Source: Gammaproteobacteria bacterium
GTDB lineage: Bacteria; Pseudomonadota; Gammaproteobacteria; Steroidobacterales; Foliamicaceae
NCBI GenBank assembly: GCA_026708965.1
Contig: JAPOTY010000015.1
Coordinates: forward strand, 642-64,641
Direction: 5' to 3'
DNA: 64,000 bases
Part shown: piece after piece, positions 10,464 to 20,132 of the stretch
How positions within the stretch are numbered: position 1 is the stretch's first letter
Layout: each line of letters starts with the position of its first letter
Notes under the pieces: generated by a model
Seen by the model: only the letters and a program-made list of their open reading frames with translations
The model's database searches: none
What the model was told of the DNA's origin: nothing
Made by a program: the position numbers and the translations under genes

Positions 10464-11690
10464 CTATTCGCCGGTCGCAGTCGATGGAGCGTCCTCGATC
10501 ATCACGCGCACAAAGCGCCGCTTGCCCACTTGGAGCACCCAGGCGCTTTCCGGCGGCAGCGTCAGGGCGCGGTCGGTCACGCGCTTGCCGTCCACGCGCA
10601 CGGCGCCCTGCGCAATGAGGCGCATGGCCTCAGCATTCGTTTTTGCAAGTCCGGCGCGGCGTATCAGTTCGCCGAGCGGCACGCCTGAGTCGGCGCCCGC
10701 GATCGTGACTACAGGCATATCGTCAGGCGCTTGCCCATGCCGGTGGCGCCGGGAAAAATTCCGGGCCGCCTGTTGCGCTGCCTCGTCGCCGTGAAAGCGC
10801 GCCGTGAGTTCGTGCGCCAGCGACATCTTCGCGTCGCGCGGATTGCCGCCGAGCTCCACGCCGGAGCGCAATTCGTCCAGTTCGGCTTGCGTGCGAAGGC
10901 TTAGAAGGTCCAGGTAGCGCCACATCAACTGATCGGACACCGACATCAGTTTTCCGTACATCTCCCCGGGCGGGTCCATGATGGCGATATGGTTGCCGAG
11001 CGACTTCGACATCTTCTGAACGCCGTCGGTGCCTTCCAGCAGCGGCAAAGTCAGAACAATCTGCGAAGGCTGCCCGTGCTCGGCCTGGATTTGCCGGCCG
11101 AGCAGCAGATTGAAGGTCTGGTCAGTGCCGCCAAGCTCCACGTCGGCCTCTAGCGCCACCGAGTCGTAGCCCTGGGCGATCGGATACATGAACTCGTGCA
11201 GGCCGATCGGGTTGCCCTCGCCGAAACGCTTCTTGAAATCGTCGCGCTCCAGCATGCGCGCCAAGGTGCGCTTGCCCGCCAGCCGCACCAGATCGGCCGC
11301 GCCGAGGCGGTTCATCCAGGCCGAGTTGAACTCCACGCGCGTCAGTTCGGGATCAAGCACCCGATGCACCTGTTCGGCGTAGGTGGCGGCATTCTCCTTG
11401 AGCTTGCCTTCGGTCAGCGTGGGACGCGCCTTGCTGCGCCCCGAAGGATCCCCGATCATCCCGGTGAAATCGCCGATCAGGAAGATCACTTCGTGGCCGA
11501 AATCCTGGAACTGGCGCATCTTGGTAAGAATCACCACATGCCCCAAATGCAGATCCGGCGCCGTTGGATCGAATCCGCACTTCACCCGCAGCGGCCGCCC
11601 GGCGCCCAGCCGCTCCAGCAGTTCCTCCTCGCGCACCAAGTCCACCGCGCCCCGGCGCAACTCCCGCAATTGCTGTTCAGGCGAATTCAT
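10464..11690 (-). CDS. tyrS: Tyrosine--tRNA ligase
   Basis: GFDPTAPDLHLGH (HIGH), GGTDQ, KMSKS, C-terminal S4 domain. Confidence 0.98.
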   Translation of the reverse strand: MNSPEQQLRELRRGAVDLVREEELLERLGAGRPLRVKCGFDPTAPDLHLGHVVILTKMRQFQDFGHEVIFLIGDFTGMIGDPSGRSKARPTLTEGKLKENAATYAEQVHRVLDPELTRVEFNSAWMNRLGAADLVRLAGKRTLARMLERDDFKKRFGEGNPIGLHEFMYPIAQGYDSVALEADVELGGTDQTFNLLLGRQIQAEHGQPSQIVLTLPLLEGTDGVQKMSKSLGNHIAIMDPPGEMYGKLMSVSDQLMWRYLDLLSLRTQAELDELRSGVELGGNPRDAKMSLAHELTARFHGDEAAQQAARNFSRRHRHGQAPDDMPVVTIAGADSGVPLGELIRRAGLAKTNAEAMRLIAQGAVRVDGKRVTDRALTLPPESAWVLQVGKRRFVRVMIEDAPSTATGE

Positions 11691-11703
11691 GGGCGGCAGG
11701 GGA

Positions 11704-13458
11704 TTACAGGAGGGGGCCCGGGGCGTTGGGGCCGAGCATGGCTTCGCGCAGCGCGGGGAGCGGGGCGTTGCCGAGCGAGAGCAGCGTTTCGTGGAATTCC
11801 TTCCAAGCGGCGCGGCCGCCGCGGTTCGCTGTCCAGTCCTCGCGCATCCTCATGATGATCAGCTTGCCCAGCGTATAGACGAAATAATCGGGATCGTAGG
11901 CGCCGCGCAGGGCCTGCTGGGCGGCGTTGCCGGGGTCCAGATAGGCCAGCTCGGCAAACATGCGCTGCGAGGTGTCCACGCTCATGCCCTCCACGTGCAG
12001 GCCGATCGACGAGAGAAAGCGCACATCGCGCATCAGCGCATCGAGGATCTGGCCCGCCCGCAGCAGCGGCTTGCCCTCGCTCAAGCCCGCCTCCTGCATC
12101 AGTTCCTCGGCGTAGTGCGCCCAGCCCTCGCTGAGCATGGCGTTCCAGAACAGCTTGCCCATGCGATTGGCGGAACGCTTCAAGTACAGGGAATGGAGGA
12201 AATGGCCCGGCCACACCTCATGCACCGAGATATTCAGCAGAGCCGCCTCCCCGGGCAGGTACTGGCGCCGCATCTCCAACGGCCACTCGGGATCAGGCCC
12301 CGCGATGTAATAGATCGCAGGCAGCCCTTCCTCATAAGGCCCTGGGATTTCGATATAGGCGGAGTTGGTGCGCCGGTATGCCGGAGCCTCCGCGACATAG
12401 GCCGTTTCCTCGCCTGGAATCCCGATAAGGTCCTTGGCGATCAAAAATTCCCTGAGTTGCGGAAGCTGCTCGCTGGCGCGCGCCACGGCGCCCTGCGGCG
12501 GCTTATCGCTGCGAACCCGGGCGGCGCAATCAGCAATGGTGATTGCGGAATCAATGAGCTTGCAGGCGCTGCGCAGCAACTCCAGATTTCGCGCCAAGTC
12601 CCTCTGCGCCACGTTCTTCAGCGTTTGCCAAGGCAGGTCGATGCGGTAGGCGCGCCGCAACAGCTCCTGGTAGCGTTCCTCGCCCAGAGCGAAATCGCCA
12701 GCGGCATCGTCAAGGCGCAGTTCAAGCCAGTTCTCCGTTTCGCGCAAGGCGGCTACGGCCGAATCCAGAGCGGCTGCGAATTCCGCTTGAAGATCCTCAT
12801 CGGCCACGGCGGCGAAAAGGCCGGGCAAATCGCCCTCCAAATGCGACGCCAGGCCTGCGAAGCGAACCAGGGCGGTGCGCACGAAGGGCCGCGGGAACGG
12901 CGGCCGCAGGGTTTCCCGCATTTGCTGAAGATAGGCGGGAATCTTCTCAAGGTGGGAGGTGAGCGCCGCAAGCCGCACATCCCTGGGCGCATACTCGCGG
13001 GCCACGTACACGCTGGGACTCAGCGGCCCCGCATACCAGGCCGGATTGCGAAGATGGTATTCCGCCACCTCTACGCCAAACAGCATGCCTTCGATGGCCG
13101 ACAACAGATGCTGGCGCTCCAGTTCCTCGGCGGGCGTGAGCGCATCGGCGGGGAATTCCTCAGCCGTCCGGCGCGCATATCCGCTCAGCATCGCGGTATT
13201 TTCGCGAATCGCCGCGAGCGTCACTGACTGCAACTGCCCGTCGTAGTCGTGGCGGCCGGCCCACACCGCCCGGGTGGGCGCCGCGGCGAAATGCGATTCG
13301 ACGAACTCGTCGGTGAATGAGCGCCACGGCGATTCATCCGAAGCCGCCGGCTGCTGGCCGATGCTATCGCTATCGCTGCCGCAGCCTGCCATCATCAGGA
13401 TGCCCACGGCCATCGCCACGAGCCACCCGTAAGCGCATACCGTCGTACGCAGTTGCAT
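11704..13458 (-). CDS. DUF885 family lipoprotein (HExxPGH metallopeptidase-like)
   Basis: Lipobox MAGC; VHEVWPGH, EGWAHYAE, YTLGKL. Start uncertain. Confidence 0.85.
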   Translation of the reverse strand: MQLRTTVCAYGWLVAMAVGILMMAGCGSDSDSIGQQPAASDESPWRSFTDEFVESHFAAAPTRAVWAGRHDYDGQLQSVTLAAIRENTAMLSGYARRTAEEFPADALTPAEELERQHLLSAIEGMLFGVEVAEYHLRNPAWYAGPLSPSVYVAREYAPRDVRLAALTSHLEKIPAYLQQMRETLRPPFPRPFVRTALVRFAGLASHLEGDLPGLFAAVADEDLQAEFAAALDSAVAALRETENWLELRLDDAAGDFALGEERYQELLRRAYRIDLPWQTLKNVAQRDLARNLELLRSACKLIDSAITIADCAARVRSDKPPQGAVARASEQLPQLREFLIAKDLIGIPGEETAYVAEAPAYRRTNSAYIEIPGPYEEGLPAIYYIAGPDPEWPLEMRRQYLPGEAALLNISVHEVWPGHFLHSLYLKRSANRMGKLFWNAMLSEGWAHYAEELMQEAGLSEGKPLLRAGQILDALMRDVRFLSSIGLHVEGMSVDTSQRMFAELAYLDPGNAAQQALRGAYDPDYFVYTLGKLIIMRMREDWTANRGGRAAWKEFHETLLSLGNAPLPALREAMLGPNAPGPLL

Positions 13459-13524
13459 AACCGGGCACGATTGTATCCGGCGGCCGCCGAGCCCGTTCAA
13501 CGCGGGGCGCCGCGCAGCAATCGC

Positions 13525-14094
13525 CTACCCGCCTTCGGAACGGAACGCCCGATGGCAGTTCCGGCACGCATCCGCCAGCCGCTTCAGTGATTGCACCATA
13601 AATTCCCTGTCCCCAGCCTCGGCGGCCGCCACCAAGTTGCGGCCTTCGCGCTCAGCCGCCTCCGCCCGGGCCAGAAACTGTTCCGGGCGCTGCCAGATTG
13701 CCGGCAGGGCGGCAGTTTCCCCGGCATTCGAGCCCGGCGGAAACAGCGTGCTTATCAATTGCGCATTGAGCCCGAGGGATGTTGCCTGGGCCTCGATATG
13801 GCTCTGGTCGAAATCCATTTCATCGGCAAGCAATCCGGTCAGCGCCGAAAGATGCGCCGCCATGCTCAGCATCACGTCCTTGCGGTAATCGATCACGTTC
13901 CCCATATCGGCCGAGGCCGCAGCCATCAGCATGGCGGCGCCAAGGGCGCAGCCAGCATGCGCGCCAGCGCCAAAACGCCAGCGTGAGCCCTTTCGCGGAG
14001 AAAGGGCGGGATCCAGCGCGTTGCGAATCAGGCGCAAAGCGGAGGCAGCACGCTTCGAACCAAGCGCAAAGCGGGCAATTCGGATATCAGCCAT
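13525..14094 (-). CDS. Cytochrome c' / c556 (class II)
   Basis: C-terminal CRNCH heme motif, LFPPGS..TAALPAIW; the true start is probably downstream of 14094. Confidence 0.85.
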   Translation of the reverse strand: MADIRIARFALGSKRAASALRLIRNALDPALSPRKGSRWRFGAGAHAGCALGAAMLMAAASADMGNVIDYRKDVMLSMAAHLSALTGLLADEMDFDQSHIEAQATSLGLNAQLISTLFPPGSNAGETAALPAIWQRPEQFLARAEAAEREGRNLVAAAEAGDREFMVQSLKRLADACRNCHRAFRSEGG

Positions 14095-14146
14095 TGACTA
14101 AGCGCCGAAATGCAGGAAGCAACAAGCGCTTGGCGCAAGAGGCGGG

Positions 14147-15337
14147 CTAAAGCTCGCGCAAGGCCACCGTCACCGGCGCGGTGGCGGCGCGGACGGCAGG
14201 GAAAATTCCCCCCACCAAACCCACGGCCAGCGCGGCGGCTATGCCTTGGGCAAGCAAGTCGGGCGTGACCGCGAAGTTGAACACCACCTGGCTGAAGCTG
14301 GCGGCCAAAGTAGATGCCTGAAAGCCGTTCAGCGCCAGCCAGGCGATGGCGCAGCCGAGCATGCCTCCAAGAAACGCCAGGGCCACCGATTCCAGCAACG
14401 CGGCCAAAGCCGTGGGAAAAGAGCCGAAGCCCAGCGCCCTCAAGGTGGCCAGTTCCCGCGCCCGCGCCACGATCGACGCATACATCGCGTTGAGGGCGGC
14501 AAACACCGCGCCTATGGCCATAAGCGCCGAAACCGGAATCCCTATCACCCGAATAAGCGCGGCCGTGTCCTCGGCCTGTTGGGCATAGAACTCCTTTTCG
14601 CTCCACACGTCCACGGCCAAGCGCTGGTCGCCCGCCAAAGCCTCCTCAAGCCGCGCGCGTCCGCCGCCGCCGTCCATCCGGGCGCGCACCACCTGAAAGC
14701 CGCTGCCGAGCTGGTAGGCGGACTGGAGCACATTCACATCGCACCACAGCTCCGACTCGAACACCGATCCGCCGTCCTCGAACATGCCGGTCACCAGCCA
14801 TTCGGTCTTTCCGAAGCGGATGGTCTGTCCCGGCTCCAAGCCCAAAAACTGGTTGCGCGCGCCGCGGCCAACAATGAGCTCGAACCGCCCGGGCGTGAAC
14901 TCGCGGCCCTCCGCCAGCCGGTAGTTCTTGCGCAGGGCGTAGCCCGAGGGCTGGATGCCGCGCAGCGCGACGTTGGTCTCGCCGCCCGACGATCGATCCA
15001 CCGCATTGACCACCCAGAACAGCTCCGACGAAACCTGAGGATCGCCTGCGGCATCCCTGGCGATGCCCGGAGCGAAGCGTATGACATCGGCCTGCTCGCT
15101 GCTGAAGCGGCTGTTGAGTTCCGCAGTGGAGCCGCTTCGCAGCACCAGCGCCACATCCTCCTGGCCGCTGCCCTCCATGGTTTTCTCGAAGCCCGACGCC
15201 ATCGACAGCACGCCGGCGAACACGCCGGTGAGCGCGGCGATGCCGGACATGGCCACCGCGGCGGTGCCGGGCCGCTGCGGCAGGCTGCGCAGATTCAGCA
15301 ACGACAGCGCCGCCGTCTGCTTCAGCCACCCGAACAC
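14147..15337 (-). CDS. ABC transporter permease (MacB/FtsX type)
   Basis: ARARELATLRALGF motif, large periplasmic domain, 4 TM segments. Confidence 0.9.
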   Translation of the reverse strand: MFGWLKQTAALSLLNLRSLPQRPGTAAVAMSGIAALTGVFAGVLSMASGFEKTMEGSGQEDVALVLRSGSTAELNSRFSSEQADVIRFAPGIARDAAGDPQVSSELFWVVNAVDRSSGGETNVALRGIQPSGYALRKNYRLAEGREFTPGRFELIVGRGARNQFLGLEPGQTIRFGKTEWLVTGMFEDGGSVFESELWCDVNVLQSAYQLGSGFQVVRARMDGGGGRARLEEALAGDQRLAVDVWSEKEFYAQQAEDTAALIRVIGIPVSALMAIGAVFAALNAMYASIVARARELATLRALGFGSFPTALAALLESVALAFLGGMLGCAIAWLALNGFQASTLAASFSQVVFNFAVTPDLLAQGIAAALAVGLVGGIFPAVRAATAPVTVALREL

Positions 15338-15355
15338 CGCCCCGATCCTTTGGCG

Positions 15356-16516
15356 CTAAGCGGTGCGCAAAAGCGCGATGATATCCAGCCTCAGGGCGCG
15401 GATCACCGGCGGCAGGACCGAGCCGAGGCTAATCGCCAGCATCAGGGCCAAGCCCATCAGCACGCTGCGGGTTCCGATGCCCAGGCCGGCCGGGAACAAG
15501 GCGCCCAGCGCGCCGGACAGGAACGCCAGCCCGCCCCAGCCCAGCGCCATCGCCAGGATGCCCACCGGCAACACCAGCAACAAGCCCTCTAAGACGGTGA
15601 GCCGGAAGATGCTGCCCGAAGTGAAGCCGAGCGTCTTGAGCACGCCCATTTCGTGGATCCGCTCGCGCACCGACTGCGCCATGGTGTGGCCGGTCACGAG
15701 CAGGATCATGAACACCACGGCGGTCAGGATGAGGGTCACGATCAGGCCGATATTGCCGAACTGCTGCGCGTATTCCTTCGCGAAGGCCGCCTCGGTATTG
15801 GTTTTGGTCTCGGTTGGCGAATTCTCGAATTCCGCGTCGATCGCGGCCATCAGATCCTCAAGCGGCAGCGAGCCGTCGCCCTTGGATACGTACCAGCCCA
15901 CGGTGCCGTTGCTGAAAGCCCGGGCCTCGTCGAAATAGTCGTAATGCAGCAGCATCACGCCCGCGTTCACGCCGCCGTCGATATCGTCGAAGATGCCTTC
16001 GATTTCAAATTCCCACACATTGCTGCCGTTGGCCCGCGTCCAGATGCTGGATCTGATCGGAACCCTATCGCCAACCTGCCATCCGTACTGAGTGGCCACC
16101 GGGCGGCCCACGATGGCGCCGCCCCGGTTTTCCAGCCAAGCCTGCCTGTGGGCATCGGAAAGCCTGATTTCGGGATTGAGCGCCAAGTACTCCTCGGCCA
16201 CCACCGGGTATTGGGCGAACTCGGGGTTGTCCTGGTAGCGGCCGGCGAACCAGCTGGCGTGGGAAACCGCCTCCACGCCGGACAGGCGCGCGATCCGCGA
16301 CTGGTAGGCCACCGGCAGCAGCATCACCAGCGACAGCTTGTGCGAGGTCAGCAGCCGCTCCTGCGATTCGTCGCTGATATCGCTGAGCGTGAGCGCGCCC
16401 CGCAAGCCCTCCAGCACGGTAAACAGGAAAAACACCACCAGCACCGCCAGCATCGTGAAGACGGTGCGGATGGGTTTGCGCCACAGATTGCGCCAGACGA
16501 GAGTGAAACGGTTCAA
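15356..16516 (-). CDS. ABC transporter permease (MacB/FtsX type)
   Basis: RNLWRKPIRT N-terminus, SVRERIHEMGVLKTLGF. Confidence 0.9.
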   Translation of the reverse strand: MNRFTLVWRNLWRKPIRTVFTMLAVLVVFFLFTVLEGLRGALTLSDISDESQERLLTSHKLSLVMLLPVAYQSRIARLSGVEAVSHASWFAGRYQDNPEFAQYPVVAEEYLALNPEIRLSDAHRQAWLENRGGAIVGRPVATQYGWQVGDRVPIRSSIWTRANGSNVWEFEIEGIFDDIDGGVNAGVMLLHYDYFDEARAFSNGTVGWYVSKGDGSLPLEDLMAAIDAEFENSPTETKTNTEAAFAKEYAQQFGNIGLIVTLILTAVVFMILLVTGHTMAQSVRERIHEMGVLKTLGFTSGSIFRLTVLEGLLLVLPVGILAMALGWGGLAFLSGALGALFPAGLGIGTRSVLMGLALMLAISLGSVLPPVIRALRLDIIALLRTA

Positions 16517-16526
16517 CGCGAATTTC

Positions 16527-17222
16527 CTAACGGGTTGCCTCCGGCGCGGCGCCCAGCTCCCCCTTGTCGAGGTGCAGCACGCGGTGCGCGAACGAGGCGG
16601 CGCGCGGATCGTGCGTGACCATCACGATGGTTTTGCCGTAATCGCGGTTCAGCTGCTGCAGCAGCGCCATGATCTCGTCGGCCGTGGCGCGGTCGAGGTC
16701 GCCGGTGGGCTCGTCGCAAAGCAGAATGGGCGGGTCCGACACGATGGCGCGGGCAATGGCCACCCGCTGCTCCTGCCCGCCGGATAATTCGCGCGGATAG
16801 TGCGAAGCGCGCTCGGCCAGGCCCACCAAGCGCAGGGCCGTGTTCACATGCTGCTTGCGGCGCGAGGCCGGCAGCGACGTGAGCAGCAGCGGCAGGGCCA
16901 CGTTGCGGGCGGCGGTCAGCACCGGCAGCAGGTTGTAGAACTGGAACACGAAGCCGATATTGCCTGAGCGCCATTTGGCCAGCGCGCCCGGCGACAGCGC
17001 GCTGATGGCTCGGCCATCCACCTCCACCACGCCTTCGGTGGGCTTGTCGAGACCGCCCAGAAGATTCAGCAAGGTGGTCTTGCCGGAGCCGGAAGGACCC
17101 ATCAGGCCCACGAAATCGCCTTTATTGATTTCCAGGCTGATGCCGTCGAGCACGCGAACCACTTCGCGGCCCTTGCGGTAACTTTTGCCTACGCCCGTAA
17201 GCCGGATCAGTTGCTCAGCCAT
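16527..17222 (-). CDS. ABC transporter ATP-binding protein (LolD/MacB-like)
   Basis: GPSGSGKT, LSGGQEQRVAIAR, CDEPTGDLD, VTHD. Confidence 0.95.
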   Translation of the reverse strand: MAEQLIRLTGVGKSYRKGREVVRVLDGISLEINKGDFVGLMGPSGSGKTTLLNLLGGLDKPTEGVVEVDGRAISALSPGALAKWRSGNIGFVFQFYNLLPVLTAARNVALPLLLTSLPASRRKQHVNTALRLVGLAERASHYPRELSGGQEQRVAIARAIVSDPPILLCDEPTGDLDRATADEIMALLQQLNRDYGKTIVMVTHDPRAASFAHRVLHLDKGELGAAPEATR

Positions 17223-17253
17223 GTCTTGCGGTTCAGCGCGCTGCGGTGAAACT

Positions 17254-18483
17254 TCAAGGATAGGTGATTTCGTCGCCTTCGGACAGCCCGCCGGGCGGAT
17301 CGAGAACCACGCGCTCCCCCGGCGACAGGCCGGATGAGATCGCCACCCGCGGCCCGTCGCGGCGGCCCGCCACAACGGCGCGGCGGCTCGCTTGGCCGTC
17401 CTCGGCAACGAACACCCACTGATCGCCGGCGCTGCCCATCAGCGCCGAGGCCTCCACGCTGATCACGTCCGATCCGGGCGCCGGGCGGGCTTGGCCGGGT
17501 TCGATGAAGGACACCTTGGCGCCCATGTCCGGCAATACGCGCGGGTCGCGCTCGAGGATCCCCACGCGCACGCGCACCGTGGCCTTCTCGCGGTTGGCCG
17601 CGGGCACGATGGCGATCACTTCCGCTGGAATCCGCCACTCGGGATAGGCATCGAGCCGGGCCGTGACCGCGCCGCCCGGACGGACCCGCTGCAAGTAGGC
17701 CTCGTTCACGTCCACCTCGATTTCCAGCGATTCCATATCCACTAAAGTGCAAATGCCGGTGCGCGTAAATCCGCCGCCGGCCGATATCGGAGAGACCATC
17801 TCCCCGGGCTGGGCGTTCTTATCGATCACCACGCCGGCGAAAGGCGCGCGAATCACCATTTCGCTGCGCGCCTGCTGCTGCACCGCCACCGCCCGCTCGG
17901 CAACCGTGACCGAAGCCCCATTGGATTCGAGGCGGGCGCCTAGGCGGTCGCGCGCCGCCCGCGCGGCATCCAGCTCGGCTTCGCTGGCCAACCCCCGGCC
18001 CCGCAGCTCCGAGAGCCTCTCGAAGGACCGCTCGGCTTCGTTCAGCTCGGCGCGCGTTTCGCCCAGCGCGCTGCGCGCCGAAGCCAGTTGCGCCTCGGCC
18101 AGACGCAGTTGCGCCAGTTCCGCCGCATCGTCCAGTTCGGCCACGATCTGGTCTTGCTCCACGGCCATGCCCTCCTCAACCAGCACCTGGCGGATTCGCC
18201 CGGTGCGCTTGGAGGACACCGTTGCGCTGCGCCGGGCGGTCACGTAGCCGCTGGCATCCAGAACGCTTGCGCCGCCACCGGCCGACGATCGGCGCACCGT
18301 CTCGACGCGCACTTCGGTGGCGGCGGTCGGCCAGAACAGCGCCGCCAGAGCGGCGAGCACGCCCGCCGCGGCCAGCGTGGCGAGCGCAGGCCCAAGAAAC
18401 CGCCTCGAGGCGGCGCGAGGGGGCTGCTCATCGCGCCGGATGCGAAGCCCCTCAAGACCTGGATTGGCGTCGGCTTCGCTCAT
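17254..18483 (-). CDS. Efflux periplasmic adaptor subunit (MacA-like)
   Basis: N-terminal TM, ASGYVTARR, lipoyl halves (VEEGMAV / IRAPFAG), coiled hairpin. Confidence 0.9.
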   Translation of the reverse strand: MSEADANPGLEGLRIRRDEQPPRAASRRFLGPALATLAAAGVLAALAALFWPTAATEVRVETVRRSSAGGGASVLDASGYVTARRSATVSSKRTGRIRQVLVEEGMAVEQDQIVAELDDAAELAQLRLAEAQLASARSALGETRAELNEAERSFERLSELRGRGLASEAELDAARAARDRLGARLESNGASVTVAERAVAVQQQARSEMVIRAPFAGVVIDKNAQPGEMVSPISAGGGFTRTGICTLVDMESLEIEVDVNEAYLQRVRPGGAVTARLDAYPEWRIPAEVIAIVPAANREKATVRVRVGILERDPRVLPDMGAKVSFIEPGQARPAPGSDVISVEASALMGSAGDQWVFVAEDGQASRRAVVAGRRDGPRVAISSGLSPGERVVLDPPGGLSEGDEITYP

Positions 18484-20132
18484 TGAGCGCCGATCCCGGC
18501 GCGATATGGATCCGGCAGCTCCGGAAGGCGTGGCGCGAAGGCGGAGGCCTCGTCCTCATCGTTGGGCGGGGCGGGCGGTCCCCGCCGTTCGACCGGCATG
18601 GGCTGGCCCGTGAACGGCTCGGAAAAAGCGAGGTTGGACGCCTCTGCGCCCGCGCCCGCCGCCGGATTGCCGGCATGCTGCGACAGAACCGAGTCCATGG
18701 CTTGGAAGAAAGCCTCCACGATGGGCCCGCGGTAGCGGCCCACCGGCGTGCCGTTATAGATCACGCGGGTGCCGTCCTGCACGTATTCGCGCACCAGCGG
18801 CTCATTCCAGTCCGGATAGTCGATGGGGTCGTAGCGGCTGTACTCGTCGAAGCCCTCGAAGCTCACCATCGCGTGCCCGAAGGCCGTGTCGGTATTCTCG
18901 GCGAAGAACGAGACGGGCACGTTCACCACGTAGTCGAATCCGTCGCGGATGCCGTCCCAGTACGCCTCGTTGGTGGATAGGTAGTTATTGTCCGGATCGT
19001 TGAGCGGATCGGCGAAATTCTCCTGGCTCATCACCAGCTGGTGGCGGGCGAAGCCGTAACCCTCCAGCAGCTCCCCCAGATCCTTCTCCACAGCCCGCAA
19101 ATACGGCGGCCCCAATTCCAGCCAAGCCTCATGCGGAACCTGATCCCAAGGCATGCCGTGCGTCGAAACCACCACCTTCACGGCGCTCGCGGCCGGGAAC
19201 GTGTCCAAGCGGTCCTTCAGCATGGCGAGATAAGCATCGCGTATGACCGCCTGGTCGCCGAGCGGGGGCGTAATGATCACCTTGATTTGCTTGCCGTTCT
19301 CCTTCTCCCAATCGTGGATGTAGTGCATCGCGTGCTTGATGCTGCTATTGAATTCCTCGTGGTGCGAGTAAATCGGCCGCGGCACGGCCAGCAATACGGT
19401 ATCGACGCCCGTATCAAGCAAATCGTACATGGCCCTGCGGGCCATCCCGAAATGCTCGGCCGTGACCCAGGCCCAGGGGATATCGCCGTACTTCCCATGC
19501 ACCTTGCGCATCGCGTCGTCGGCGATAATGCGGTTGCCGGCCTCATGGGGAATGCGACCGTCCATGAACCCCTTGCCCGGGGCGTAGTAAAAGACCCGGC
19601 ACTTGGTGATGAGCCTGGCCACCGATGTGGACATGCCGGCCTTCCGGCCGGGAAGGAGAAAGTATCCTTGGGCCATGTAGGTGCCGGTGGACGGCGGCGA
19701 CCACACCACCTCCCCGGTCAGGTATTTTTGGGCGTACGGAACGCCGTCGAAGTCCGTATCGCGCCCCATGTGGTCGATCAGCCGGGCGGGCTTGAATTCC
19801 TCGAATTCGTAATAGCGCTCCGTGTCCATCAGCACCACGCCGCGGTCGGCGCGGACCATGTTGCGGATCGGCCAGGGAATGTACTGGAAGCTCTTCTGGG
19901 CTAGGACGTAATAATCCTCGAAGCGCAGTTCCTCCGGCTGTATAAGGTGGGAAATAAACACGCCCACCCGCCCTTCGGGCCGGGTGTCCTGGGCCTTGTA
20001 GTAGCTGAAGTAGTTCGGCTCCGCCAGCTGCGGCGGAGTGCGGTTCATGTATTGAAAAACGCCGAATCCGGCCACCGCCAGCGTGAACACGGCGATGCCG
20101 GCCACCACCGCGGCCTTGAGCAGTTTCTTCAT
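18480..20132 (-). CDS. Membrane-anchored ferrochelatase-like (class II chelatase fold) protein
   Basis: N-terminal signal anchor; VPRPIYS ~ PLYPQYS, VSTHGMP ~ FSAHGLP, VPVSFFAENTDT ~ P.GF..D..ET, in the same order as in HemH. Confidence 0.65.
   Translation of the reverse strand: MKKLLKAAVVAGIAVFTLAVAGFGVFQYMNRTPPQLAEPNYFSYYKAQDTRPEGRVGVFISHLIQPEELRFEDYYVLAQKSFQYIPWPIRNMVRADRGVVLMDTERYYEFEEFKPARLIDHMGRDTDFDGVPYAQKYLTGEVVWSPPSTGTYMAQGYFLLPGRKAGMSTSVARLITKCRVFYYAPGKGFMDGRIPHEAGNRIIADDAMRKVHGKYGDIPWAWVTAEHFGMARRAMYDLLDTGVDTVLLAVPRPIYSHHEEFNSSIKHAMHYIHDWEKENGKQIKVIITPPLGDQAVIRDAYLAMLKDRLDTFPAASAVKVVVSTHGMPWDQVPHEAWLELGPPYLRAVEKDLGELLEGYGFARHQLVMSQENFADPLNDPDNNYLSTNEAYWDGIRDGFDYVVNVPVSFFAENTDTAFGHAMVSFEGFDEYSRYDPIDYPDWNEPLVREYVQDGTRVIYNGTPVGRYRGPIVEAFFQAMDSVLSQHAGNPAAGAGAEASNLAFSEPFTGQPMPVERRGPPAPPNDEDEASAFAPRLPELPDPYRAGIGAQ

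Noticed and set aside
11383-13227. 614-aa plus-strand ORF
   Set aside because: Antisense shadow of DUF885/tyrS caused by high GC; no motifs.
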